Shown here: piece by piece, positions 15,638-29,075 of the stretch
How the letters are laid out: each line of letters starts with the position of its first letter
How positions within the stretch are numbered: the first letter of the stretch is position 1
Origin: Eledone cirrhosa
Lineage: Eukaryota
Length of the DNA stretch: 64,000 nt
Reading direction: 5' to 3'
Assembly: GCA_964016885.1 (NCBI GenBank)
Contig: OZ024751.1
Coordinates: 7,564,001 to 7,628,000 of the forward strand
Notes under the pieces: generated by a model
Told to the model about the DNA's origin: nothing
Databases searched by the model: none
Seen by the model: the letters and a program-made list of their open reading frames with translations, nothing else
Made by a program: the position numbers and the translations under genes

Positions 15638-16491
15638 ACCTACTGAATGTATGGATGTGTAAGTGTGCGTATGTATATATGTATGTATATATTTATGTGT
15701 GTATGTGTGTGTGTGTATACGGTCGCGTACGTACGCGTGATTAGATATACATGGGGCGAGGTGTATGTATATATAAATGTGCATCCTGTGTGTATGTATA
15801 CTTGCATATGCTTTTGTCTGCACATTTTGCGTATATATATTTTTTTTTTTATAGATATACGTTTTTTATAGATATATGTGTGTATGTACGCGTGTACCTT
15901 GTTTGTTTTCTTTTCTTTACTTCGCAATTTATCTTTCTAAATTATTGTTCCATTTTTATAAATATACCGAGAATGATACTTTCTTTTTACTATTACACTC
16001 CCTTACCTCATTTTCTTCCGCATATAAGTGTACGCGCGTGTTTGTGTGTTTATACGCGTGCCTTCATATTCTTATAATGTATCTAATACCCTGTTTTTCT
16101 GTATACCTGTCAACCGGACACTCATATCATGTCTGTGTCTGTAGTTATATATACACAGATATACTTACTCTCATATATATATTTACGCACACATTTTCAC
16201 TATACACACACACTTGTACATACATATGTACATCTGTGAGTGTATATACGTACATATACACACACCTAACTATATTTCTTAAAAAAACATTATTTATTTT
16301 ATACGCCTATTGTATTACATTCATCTATATTTATATCATCTTTTTTTTGCATTTCTTGAGGAGACTTTCCAAATATTTAGGTATGTTTTATATTGCCTCG
16401 TCCGACGAACGAATGAAGACGTTTCTTTCGTATTCGCCTTATTCGGGAAACCTCTGGTAATGAGGTAATTATATTGTATTGTTTTTCATAC

Positions 16492-16577
<86 letters not shown>

Positions 16578-17018
16578 TAAAAACAAAAGTTAATATTATT
16601 TCTATTAATTCGTACATATACCACAATCTCTTTAGAGTGAGAAACTTTAGTGTCTCACTCTAAAAAAATTGTGGTATATGTACGAATTAGATGTGTGAAT
16701 ATAAATCATAATGGAACGCCAACTATGTCAGGTTGTCTTCAACTATAAATGTTTAGTTGTGTTCATTAAAAGGACACGTCACTCCAAACTATCCAGTTGA
16801 AAGAATGTATATAGGCTTCTTGCCCAACGAAGAGAGACAATTGGAAACCATCCCATTCTCTGTAGAAAATAATATTTATGTTTTACACAGGGGATCAAAG
16901 ACACCGATCATGCCCTACTTTAAAGAATATAGGTTCGTGTAGATATTTTTTTTAATTTCTAATGCACACAAACACACACAGAAACACACTCACGTGCGCG
17001 CATTCACACACACACACT

Positions 17019-17063
<45 letters not shown>

Positions 17064-17374
17064 GGAGATATATATATATAATGTGTTTATATTTATATAC
17101 ATATATGTAAACATAGAGTTTGACTGAAAAAATGTATACACACTTCAATGGCATTCTAATAAACGCGTGTATACATTTTTTGGTTCACCTTGTATACACA
17201 CCCACGCACTCACACACACACACATACACACACGTACTCACACACTCACACACACACTCACACACACAAAAAACTCACACACACACACACACAAACTCAC
17301 ACACACATACGCACGAACTCACACACACACACAAACACACACACACACACACACATACACACACACACACACAG

Positions 17375-17418
<44 letters not shown>

Positions 17419-17980
17419 CCACACATATATATGTAATCATATATTCATATAAATAAAAACAACAACACTTTAACATATTATTAGTTCTCATTGACAGAAT
17501 GTTGATCTCATTATATATTTATACAATACTACGCGTATTTGATTGTATTACTGTTAGCATGATGAATAAAAGGAACATTTATTAATGTCTGTTCTCTATG
17601 TACATATATATGTTTACATAATAAATATAAATCACCTATTGATTTATAGTATATATTATATTTCATTAAAGTTAAAGGTCCGTCGGAACACTAAAGTTGG
17701 CATCGTTCCATATATGTACATTCAAGCCCACATATATTTTGCCATTAATTTCAGACAGTTTTATGGACTAAATCCTTTATTGTTGCAGTGTATTCTAGAA
17801 TCGATTTTTTTTTGTTTAATGTTTTTCAATAGATCTTCTTATCATATGCATTATATATTTCTGGAACATCGTTATATTACGCATGAATGAAGTGTAGACG
17901 GAAAGGAGTTTGTTGTGCTATTAAGGAACTGTATATTTATACTTAAGGAAAATATGAGTTTAGTTTAAACAAACACGCAA

Positions 17981-18076
<96 letters not shown>

Positions 18077-18087
18077 ATTTATATATA

Positions 18088-18154
18088 TATTTTATCTGAT
18101 GAGGACGTACTGTTGAAGTTAGCTCAGTACCTCTGAAATATGTATAATAAAATA
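18088..18154 (+). ncRNA. Type I hammerhead ribozyme (family D)
   Basis: TATTTTAT-CTGATGA-ggacgtactg...cagtacctct-GAAA-tatgtaTA^ATAAAATA. Confidence 0.75.
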
Positions 18155-18198
18155 TACTTGATGACATGAATGTCTATTTTTGTTAATATTTTGAATTA

Positions 18199-18231
<33 letters not shown>

Positions 18232-18280
18232 ATGTATATATATGTATATATATATATATATATGTATATATATGTATATA

Positions 18281-18345
<65 letters not shown>

Positions 18346-18346
<1 letters not shown>

Positions 18347-18571
18347 GGTTGGCTGGACATGCTCACCGACATCCAGAGTTGACATTGCACTCAGTGCTCC
18401 TTTGGGAGCCCCTACATGGACACACTAGAAGAGGAAGACCAAGGTTAACATATGTTGATGCCCTAACGACAGACACTGGTCTGTTGGAGATGCAGGATAT
18501 GGCAGCGATAATGAGGGACAGAGACCGCTGGAGAGAACTCGTCCATGGATCTCGGGAATTTTACCCGCCTT

Positions 18572-18572
<1 letters not shown>
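18346..18572 (+). mobile_element. RTE-clade LINE 3' fragment
   Basis: [26 protein letters not shown]...[11 protein letters not shown], a typical RTE ORF C-terminus. Confidence 0.8.
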
Positions 18573-18655
<83 letters not shown>

Positions 18656-18680
18656 GTATATATATATATATATATACATA

Positions 18681-18723
<43 letters not shown>

Positions 18724-18774
18724 GTTAAACGTGAAAGCAACGATTGTTTGCTTAAACTTCAATCTGTTTTTTTA

Positions 18775-18804
<30 letters not shown>

Positions 18805-18811
<7 letters not shown>

Positions 18812-19940
18812 TTCAAAATATTACCAAAAATAGACATTCTTGTCATCAAGTATATTTTATTATACATATTTCAGAGGTACTGAGCTAACTTCAACAGTAC
18901 GTCCTCGTCAGATAAAATAAGATGATGCATGACATACCCTGACATAGTAGATGGTTAAGATTCAGTCATGGTAGTGAGTAAGATATGACAAAGCTCAATA
19001 TTTATATACCTTAAGTTTGAGACATGAAAAAACTTACATATAATATATATATAATACAGAGGTGCGTGTGAGAAATATTAATATTAATAGAGATATATAT
19101 AAACTTTTATACCTGAAATATTATACACTTTGATTAATTCATTACTCACAACTAACTTAAATGATTTGAAAGTTAACGGTCAACCGGAAACGTTTGGATA
19201 GTATATATAACTAATTAACCAAGGACTGGAAATTAACCTTCATATAATTACACCCAGTTATTATTTAAGATTTAGATTGGTGAATACTTCTAGATAATTC
19301 AATAATTCAATGATTCGAGTTTACTCTTTCGCAAGCTATGCCCAAATGTTTAGTTCTGTATAGATATATATAATTCATCCCTCCTTATGTTTTACATTAT
19401 ACAAATTATTCCTCTTTGTCTCTCTTTCCTTGATCAAATCTCTTTTGCTATCTATACTTCTACTAGCTATATTATCCCCTCATCTGTTTTCTCCCTGTCT
19501 TTCTTTTTTCTTTCCTCTTTTTTCAATAATTTAAATTATTTGAATCTCTAACAGTTATGTAAATTGCTGTTATGCATTTTTAAGCTTTCTCACACATACC
19601 CTCTGTATTATATGTATTATATGTAAGTTTGTTCATGTCTCAATCTTAAGGTATATAAATATTGAGTTTTGTCATATCTTACTCACTACCATGACTGAAT
19701 CTTAACCATCTACTATGTCAAGGTATGTCATGCATCATCTTATTTTATCTGATGAGGACGTACTGTTGAAGTTAGCTCAGTACCTCTGAAATATGTATAA
19801 TTAAATATACTTGATGACAAGAATGTCTATGTTTGTTAATATTTTGAATTAATATTAATAACTCCGGAAAGCCATAACAGTTGAGTGCTACCAATCCATT
19901 GTAAAGCTCATTCTTTGATTTATTCATTGAAGCTTGTTTA
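18805..19940 (+). mobile_element. ORF-less family D pLTR unit with about 270-bp inverted arms; hammerheads at 18853-18919 (minus) and 19741-19807 (plus)
   Basis: 18805-19075 is the reverse complement of 19586-19854, with an AT-rich spacer and a tail to 19940. Confidence 0.8.
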
Positions 19941-19945
19941 ACCGT

Positions 19946-20014
<69 letters not shown>

Positions 20015-20101
20015 CTGTAGTCAAAATACGGCGGTAGCTTACATTCATAATAATTTCAAAAATTACCCGCTGATTCGAAAATAGTATTACTTGATAAATA
20101 G

Positions 20102-20291
20102 GGTGGTGGATTGGCGGTATCGGTAGAGAGTGTGACGCCATGATTTGACGTATAGAGTTACGGCCCTTGCCATTCCGAGTGCAAATCCCGCCGAGGTTAA
20201 CTTTCATCATAATGGGGTCGATAAAATAAAATACCAGTAACACACAGGGTAATTGCTGGCCTTTTTTGTAAGTGCCAAAAGAAGAAACAAT
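20102..20291 (+). mobile_element. MetaSINE-type SINE, probable TSD tattacttgata
   Basis: Consensus match; direct repeat at 20085-20096 and 20292-20303. Confidence 0.85.
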
Positions 20292-20474
20292 TATTACTTG
20301 ATATATAAATATATATATATGCATCCTATATTTCTGGAACATCGTTATATTACGCATGAATGAAGGTGAGTGTTCGTTTAAACTAAACTCATATTTTACT
20401 TAAGTATAAATATAGAGTTCCTTAATAGCACAACAAACTCATTTCCATGTACACTTCATTTTTGCGTAATATAA

Positions 20475-20565
<91 letters not shown>

Positions 20566-20855
20566 GGGCATGTGTAGATATTTATCTACAGTTCTAGTGT
20601 AGACGAGATGAACACAGTCTTGCTAGGTTTATGGTTCTGAATGTAGATAAACAAAAGGGAATGAGGAACAAAATAAATGCGTCAACGTTTCGGACATACG
20701 TTTTCGGAGAGAAAGAATCTTAAGAGAATGGAGTATGGTAAGTTGGAAAAGAAAGCAAGGTGACCGAGGAGGGTAGGCCAGTATACAGAGTGCAGGGCTG
20801 GCTTCCTCAATGAGTAGAGTTGTGCAGAGAACAAGTATGCTCATAATTACACATA

Positions 20856-21478
<623 letters not shown>

Positions 21479-21499
21479 ATATATATATATACATATGTG

Positions 21500-21585
<86 letters not shown>

Positions 21586-21594
21586 TATGCGTAT

Positions 21595-21705
21595 GTTACC
21601 AAGGGCCCAGCACTATGTGTCAATAATTGTCACAAGTGTAGTGTTTGTACCAGAGTTTTCAAGTCGCTGGCTGGACTAAAAAGTCACACTTGTTCAGCGC
21701 ATCGC
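21595..21705 (+). mobile_element. RTE/Bov-B-like LINE C-terminal zinc-finger fragment
   Basis: [19 protein letters not shown] isolated between (TA)n arrays. Confidence 0.55.
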
Positions 21706-21790
21706 ATATGTATATTTATGTGTGTGTGTATGTATATATATATATGTGTGTGTGTGTGTGTATGTATATATATATATATGTGTGTGTGTG

Positions 21791-21829
<39 letters not shown>

Positions 21830-22073
21830 ATGTATATATATATATATATGTTTATATATATATATGTAAATATATATATAAACATATATATATATATATA
21901 TACATACACATATATATACATAAATATATACATAAATATATGTAAATATATATATATGTAAATTCAAATATATGTAAATATATATATGTGTATATATATA
22001 TATGTGTGTTTATATGTATATACATATATATATGTATATATGTATATATGTGTAAATATATATGTAGATAGTT

Positions 22074-22107
<34 letters not shown>

Positions 22108-22221
22108 ATATATATATGAATATATGTGTATATATATATATATGTCTATATATATATATATGTGTGTGTATATATATATATATATGTGTATGTATATATA
22201 TATATACATATATGTATACAT

Positions 22222-22432
22222 GTGAAGGCGTGTGGCTGAGTGGTTAGGGAATTGGTTTCGCAATCGTAAGGTTGTGAGTTCGATTCCTGGACCATGTGAT
22301 GCGTTATGTCCTTGAGCAAGACACTTTATTTCACGTTGCTCCTTCTACCTGGAGTTGCGACCGATAGATAGTATTAGTAATTGGAAAGACCTACGGAAAC
22401 ATTGTTCCCTCGGTCCGATTTGACGAAAGTCG
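22222..22432 (+). mobile_element. tRNA-derived CORE-type SINE
   Basis: A box tggctgagtgg, B box gttcgattcc (22278-22287), core tgtccttgagcaagacactt. Confidence 0.87.
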
Positions 22433-22652
22433 ATCGTTCCTATCTATACATGTGTATATATATGTATATATGTGTGTATATATCTATCTCTATATATATA
22501 TGTGTGTGTATATATATATATATATACACATATGTAAATATGTGTTTATATATATGTATATATATATATATAAATATATGTATATATATGTATATATAAA
22601 TGGAATAGAATGAAACGAAATTTCATTTCTCACTCTGTAATCGGCACTTACT

Positions 22653-22735
22653 TAAATGTAAGTGTGTATGTATGTATACTTACATACATATATGCATACA
22701 GACGTACAGTAGTATGTATATATATACATACATGA

Positions 22736-22797
<62 letters not shown>

Positions 22798-23040
22798 GTA
22801 TCGGTTTACCGAACATTTATTATAATGCTCGGTTTGTTCGGTTGTAAACAAACAAACACTGTACGTCGTAATTCGGGCTGTCTGTTTGTTTACAAACGAA
22901 CAAAACGAGCATTATAATAAATGATCGGTAAACCGATACGTGCATATATATATGTGTGCATGAATGTATATATATATACATACTACTGTACGTCTGTATA
23001 CATATATGTATGTATGCTTACATACATAATACATACTTAC

Positions 23041-23046
<6 letters not shown>
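22653..23046. repeat. Fold-back (inverted repeat) downstream of the CORE-SINE
   Basis: gcacgtatcggtttaccga...tcggtaaaccgatacgtgc, with outer arms cagacgtacagtagtatg / catactactgtacgtctg. Confidence 0.85.
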
Positions 23047-23093
<47 letters not shown>

Positions 23094-23371
23094 TAAATGG
23101 AAAAGAAAATGCTGACAAATTGTTGACAGTGAAAAATAGTTTAATTAGAAATAAGTGAGAATTAGTAATGGTATTCAGTTTTGGTTTTAAGTTTTACGGG
23201 TTGCGCATTTCTAAAGCTTTTCAAAAATAATTTTGAGATAGAGCGTCCGTGATGTTTGCTCTGATCTGATTAGTTTTGGGAATTCTACCTGTTTTTATGT
23301 TAAAAAAAGTGGCTCCAACGGTATTAAAATAAGTTTTACGCCAATTCGTGTTGCAAAAATATGTATATATA

Positions 23372-23942
23372 TATAACACAGGAAATGTGATAAGGAACCA
23401 GGTGGACCATAACGCACCAAAGTACTCAATACTTGGGGTAGTAGAGTCGATAATAGGAACGAGTAGGACCCCGACGGCTGAGCTCAAGCCGTTTCGACGG
23501 CTAATTCTGGACTAAATGAAAATTGTTATCCTTGTATATGAATAGCCGAGCTTTAACATTCTCGGTATTTTTCTATATATTTACCCCATATTGTTTTACT
23601 TATTGTTTCGACTTCCTCCCCCTCCCCATCTCTAGTATAATTCCTTGACCTCCTGCCCTGCTGTATTTGGCACTATCAACGCACGACTGGGTTTTCTCCA
23701 CCCCCTCTCACCACTTTCTTCTACTGGCAGGTTCAGCTACTCCTTCCTCCCACAAATTGCCATGATAGACATATGTGTCTCAACAACAAACTTTTGACCA
23801 ATTCTTGTGACAATCACGTTTACCTTATTTGGAATTAACCCCTGAGAAGCTCGCCTATTCATATACCAAGATACAAATTTTCATTTATTTAAGAATCAGC
23901 CGTCGAAACGGCTTCAGCTCAGCCGTCGGGGTCCTACTCGTT

Positions 23943-23947
<5 letters not shown>
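23372..23947 (+). mobile_element. Solo family B pLTR (inverted tail plus sense pLTR) with a degenerate hammerhead at 23838-23932
   Basis: Homologous to the pLTRs at 34621-35109 and 38092-38640; 23452-23553 is inverted relative to 23848-23947. Confidence 0.8.
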
Positions 23948-24017
<70 letters not shown>

Positions 24018-24153
24018 TATATATATGTATATATATAAATATATATAAATATATGTATATAGATATATAAATATATGTATATGTCTATATATGTATATTA
24101 ATATATGTATATATGTACATATATATATATATATGTGTATATATATGTGTGCA

Positions 24154-24199
<46 letters not shown>

Positions 24200-24325
24200 T
24201 GCACACATATATATATACACACACATATATATATATACATATATATACATATATACATATATTAATATACATATATAGACATATGCATCTATTTATATAT
24301 ATATATATACATATATACATATATT

Positions 24326-24356
<31 letters not shown>

Positions 24357-24361
24357 TTATT

Positions 24362-24392
<31 letters not shown>

Positions 24393-24651
24393 ATACATAT
24401 ATATACATATATTTATATATATGTATACATATATACATATATATAAACACATATATAAATATGTATATATATATATACAAACATATATATATATATACAT
24501 AGATATATATACACACATATATACATTTATATATATACACACACATATACATATATATATATACATATATATACATATATACATATATTAATATACATAT
24601 ATAGACATATACATCTATTTATATATATATATATACATATATACATATATT

Positions 24652-24718
<67 letters not shown>

Positions 24719-25085
24719 ACATATATATACATATATTTATATATATATGTATACATATATACATATATATAAACACATATATAAATATGTATATATATAT
24801 ATACAAACATATATATATATACATAGATATATATACACACATATATACATATATATATATACACACACATATACATATATATATACATATATATAGATAG
24901 ATATATATAAACATATATATATATGTATATGTATATATATATGTATATATATATGTATGTATATATCTATATGTATATATGTGTGTATATATCTATTTAT
25001 ATATATATAGGTGTGTATATATATATATATACATTTGTATATGTGTTTATATATATGTATATATGTGTATAAATATATATATAAA

Positions 25086-25187
<102 letters not shown>

Positions 25188-25471
25188 AATATATATATAT
25201 ATATGTATATACAGTATTTACGTATCGAGAAAGAGAAAAAAGGGGAGGATAGGTGATACATATAATTATTTGCCAAGTCGCGTATGCCAAAGGTGCTCGA
25301 TACTGGTGCCGGCAGTATTAAATATTCGAAGTGTTAATATTTAGTGGGCTAGAGAGTTAGCAGAGCGTAAGCACGTGGGAAAGTAATAAAATCGGAGAAT
25401 AGACCGTTAAAACATGTTTATTTATATAAACATGTTTAAACGGTCTATTCTCCGATTTTTTACTTTCCCAC

Positions 25472-25534
<63 letters not shown>

Positions 25535-25535
25535 T

Positions 25536-25572
<37 letters not shown>

Positions 25573-25586
25573 CACATATATATGTG

Positions 25587-25628
<42 letters not shown>

Positions 25629-25652
25629 AATATATGTATATATATACATATG

Positions 25653-25747
<95 letters not shown>

Positions 25748-25854
25748 TTTTTTCCGTTGTGTTGTAATATAAATATTACACACAGTAGATTATCAGCTCA
25801 CGTAGAGTTTGCTCGACGGTTCCAGTTGTAGTTCCAAAAGTAATCCGGAGAAAA

Positions 25855-26292
25855 ATAGAAAGATTTGAATGGATACAGTTTAGTTGAAAGGAATTTATTG
25901 ACACGTGTTTCTATAACAGTTACATAACCTAAAACAGCTATCTACAAACTTTTAGTTATGCAGACATTCAATATTTCAATGTTATTGTTTACTGTCATTT
26001 CATCAGAATAATATTACTGAGGACCTATTTAGTTTTTATAGAGAATATTAGGAGGAAGGGGTGAAGTTGTTAGAAGAATAGTTGAAGGAGTGGTTTTTCG
26101 ATAGCAGTTTTTCGATAGCAGTTTTTCGATAGTTAGTTTCAGAAGATCCCGTTAAGGGTGAAAGCAGCGATTCTTGGCTTAAACTTTAATCTGTTATTTT
26201 AATAAATATTTGCTCTATGGTTCTTATATATTTGATATATATTTATCCTTATCGAGCCCTCTTTGGATTTTAGTCTTCAAATTTATTATTAT

Positions 26293-26329
<37 letters not shown>

Positions 26330-26650
26330 TGGGAATCTAATTAATATATATATATACAGATGGGAATCTAATTAATCACTGCCACCAAGAATTCTCACTG
26401 CTATCGAAAAACCACTCCTTCAACTATTCTTCTAACAACTTCACCCCTTCCTCCTAATATTCTCTATAAAAACTAAATAGGTCCTCAGTAATATTATTCT
26501 GATGAAATGACAGTAAACAATAACATTGAAATATTGAATGTCTGCATAACTAAAAGTTTGTAGATAGCTGTTTTAGGTTATGTAACTGTTATAGAAACAC
26601 GTGTCAATAAATTCCTTTCAACTAAACTGTATCCATTCAAATCTTTCTAT
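25855..26650 (+). mobile_element. Inverted-repeat pLTR-like unit (family J) with a CAGAAGA-core hammerhead-like motif at 26135-26185
   Basis: 25855-26107 is the reverse complement of 26398-26650. The motif reads AGTTT-CAGAAGA-t CCC gttaa GGG t-GAAA-GC..GC-TT^AAACT; a second copy lies at 45526-45574. Confidence 0.7.
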
Positions 26651-26760
26651 ATATATATATATATATATATGTGTGTATATATAAATGACAAACAGTCATA
26701 GCCGGCATGGTCTGGGGGTTTGGGATTATGTCGATCGATTGGTAATTTATTAGGCGATAC

Positions 26761-26869
26761 CCGTTGATGAGGCCACATTCGCCGATTATGCATTGTTGCA
26801 TAATATATATTGACAGAGGGTGCTGCGCACCATACTACTGCATTAATTGTGGCCGAAAATCGAGTCCGG
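26761..26869 (+). ncRNA. Degenerate hammerhead with a long stem II
   Basis: CCG-TTGATGA-GGCCACA...TGTGGCC-GAAA-a tcga g-TC^CGG, two substitutions from the canonical fold. Confidence 0.55.
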
Positions 26870-27036
26870 CAACTACTATAGGCACTTGTTTACGAGTATA
26901 CTATGTTTATACTATGGGAATGTATCCTACATTCCCTATTGAATGCGCTGAGACATAACCAGTCCTGGCATTAATAAATATGCTGGGTCCGTCAACTCCT
27001 TTTTACTATTATTATCGTTATTATTATATATATACA

Positions 27037-27226
27037 GTGCGGTGAATTGGCAGTATCGGTAGAGGGTCGGACGCCATGCTTTGCTGCAAAGAGTTACGGC
27101 CCTTTATTGTATGAGTTCAAATCCCACCAATGGTAACTTTACCTTTCATCCTTACGGGGTCGATAAAATATAGTACCAGTAATGTACGGTTGACCGCTGG
27201 CTTTGTGCTAAACGTAAAAACAATTA
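27037..27226 (+). mobile_element. MetaSINE-type SINE
   Basis: Full consensus match with A and B boxes. Confidence 0.87.
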
Positions 27227-28918
27227 TATTTATATATATAATCATATATAATCTCCTATTTTACATGAAAGTTTAAACAGAAATAAATATATTTTATAAT
27301 CATTTCATCAACGGTTCATAGCATCTGTGATTTGTTGTCAGTTAATGCGATGTTGATTCCTGATCCCTGTAAGCTTGACCCTGACATTTGGATTCAGTAT
27401 TGAGAAAGGTTTTAATATTTCTCATCGTTCGCATCTGTCTTTTCTTTATCTTCGTTTTCTTCTCAGTTTGCTTCTTCGTTTTCGTCTGCTTCGCATTCCT
27501 CTTTTTCGTTTTATTCTTCATCTTCTCCGTTTTATCTTTCAACTTATTCTTTATCTTCTTCATTTCCCAAATGTTCCTGAGTGGGTCATTGGGCGTGTCC
27601 TTAAACACACCGTCCATCGGGTCCCATCGAAAGTAACTGTTATACACTCATCTGTTTCGAGATGTATCCACCGTTGCTTCTGTCTGTAGAATCTCTTAAA
27701 CAGGTTCTTTCCTGAGTCATTCTAACAACATGCCCATATTATCGGAACTGTGATATTTCAAGTAAGTAGCGGTTCTACCTAGAGTAATTATCTGATATCC
27801 GAGCTACGCACTCTATCAACTAACCTTACACCAATTACCATTTGTAGGAACCCCAATTTGACTGCTTGTATTCGCAATCGTATATTTTCGGTCATTACCT
27901 AAGATTCATGACCATAGGTAAGTGTACACAGGAATACCGAACTGAAGATAGCGAATTTGGCTTTTACACCTACCTCCTTTCTCTTGATTACCGAATGATA
28001 AAGCTGGCGCATTACAGCAAATGTTACAAAAGTTGCCATATTCAGTAATCTGTCTTTGCATCTTTATTAATATAATATACTTCTATGACAGTATCATGCT
28101 AATCTTTCTAGACGCCTATATCTTGTGGACAAAAACACGAACATATAATATACTAACAAATCAACACATCAGTCATTAGGTTTCTCCCTAATACATTATA
28201 TGGAATAATATTAATATTTCTGAAAAGAACTTCTTATATTTACGTAATATATTAATTGCATTAACATTCCATTTTCTTGCAATCTAATAAATAGATTAAA
28301 ATTCTGAAATGAACTATTTGTTAGTGAGAATGTCAGATAGCTTCCAATGTGTATTTTATCAATATCAAGATAATATTTGCTTCACAGATATGTTGAAGCT
28401 TTCCCCAGTGGGTTGCCTCTCTATACCACTTCTTTATTAATTTATGCCTCCAATTAACGTCTCTATCTTTATACATCCTCATAGATTAGTTGTTGATTCT
28501 GTTTACAATATTTTACCAGTAAATCCGAACGCCATCAATATATGTTGCACCAATACATTATGCATATCGACAATAATAAATCAAGGACATATAAACTCAT
28601 AGTCTATCGACGTACAAACATTAGCAGTCAAATTCTCCTTAACGCAAAATTCATTAGCTAATGTAGGCAAAGTTACTCCCACATAAACGAGTTTGGTCAA
28701 CGTCAGAACGTTTTGCTCATATGCGAGTTTGGCCATAATTAAACCATTAGATACCAACGTGACAACTATAAATCCTGCACATTGTCGATGGACTAGGAAC
28801 CAAGCAAATCTACCGATTCCATAAGCTTACTATTTAAACCAATTTATGTCATTATAAAATCATATATACAAACGCACACATACATATACATATAACTATA
28901 CACACACACACACACACA

Positions 28919-29075
<157 letters not shown>

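Larger units (their letters stand above)
12010..16490 (-). mobile_element. Penelope-like element (probably Hydra clade) with sense 3' pLTR (12010-13490) and inverted 5' pLTR (15600-16490)
   Basis: 12085-12945 is an inverted copy of 15600-16490, and the RT/EN remnants lie between them. Confidence 0.85.

Noticed and set aside
22222-22295. tRNA gene candidates, also at the MetaSINE heads
   Set aside because: The A and B boxes run directly into SINE bodies present in multiple copies, and there is no complete cloverleaf.
26093-26135. Triplicated gtttttcgatagca as a CRISPR-like repeat
   Set aside because: It is a head-to-tail tandem with no spacers, in a eukaryotic context.
27342-27720. Lys-rich ORF (27342-27647, minus) and an upstream reading frame as a possible host exon
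   Set aside because: Low-complexity purine-rich tract with no recognisable domain and no convincing splice or start context.
27941-27975. CTGAAGA followed by a small hairpin (similar cores near 39332 and 33703)
   Set aside because: No GAAA, stem III or stem I partner, so not a hammerhead.
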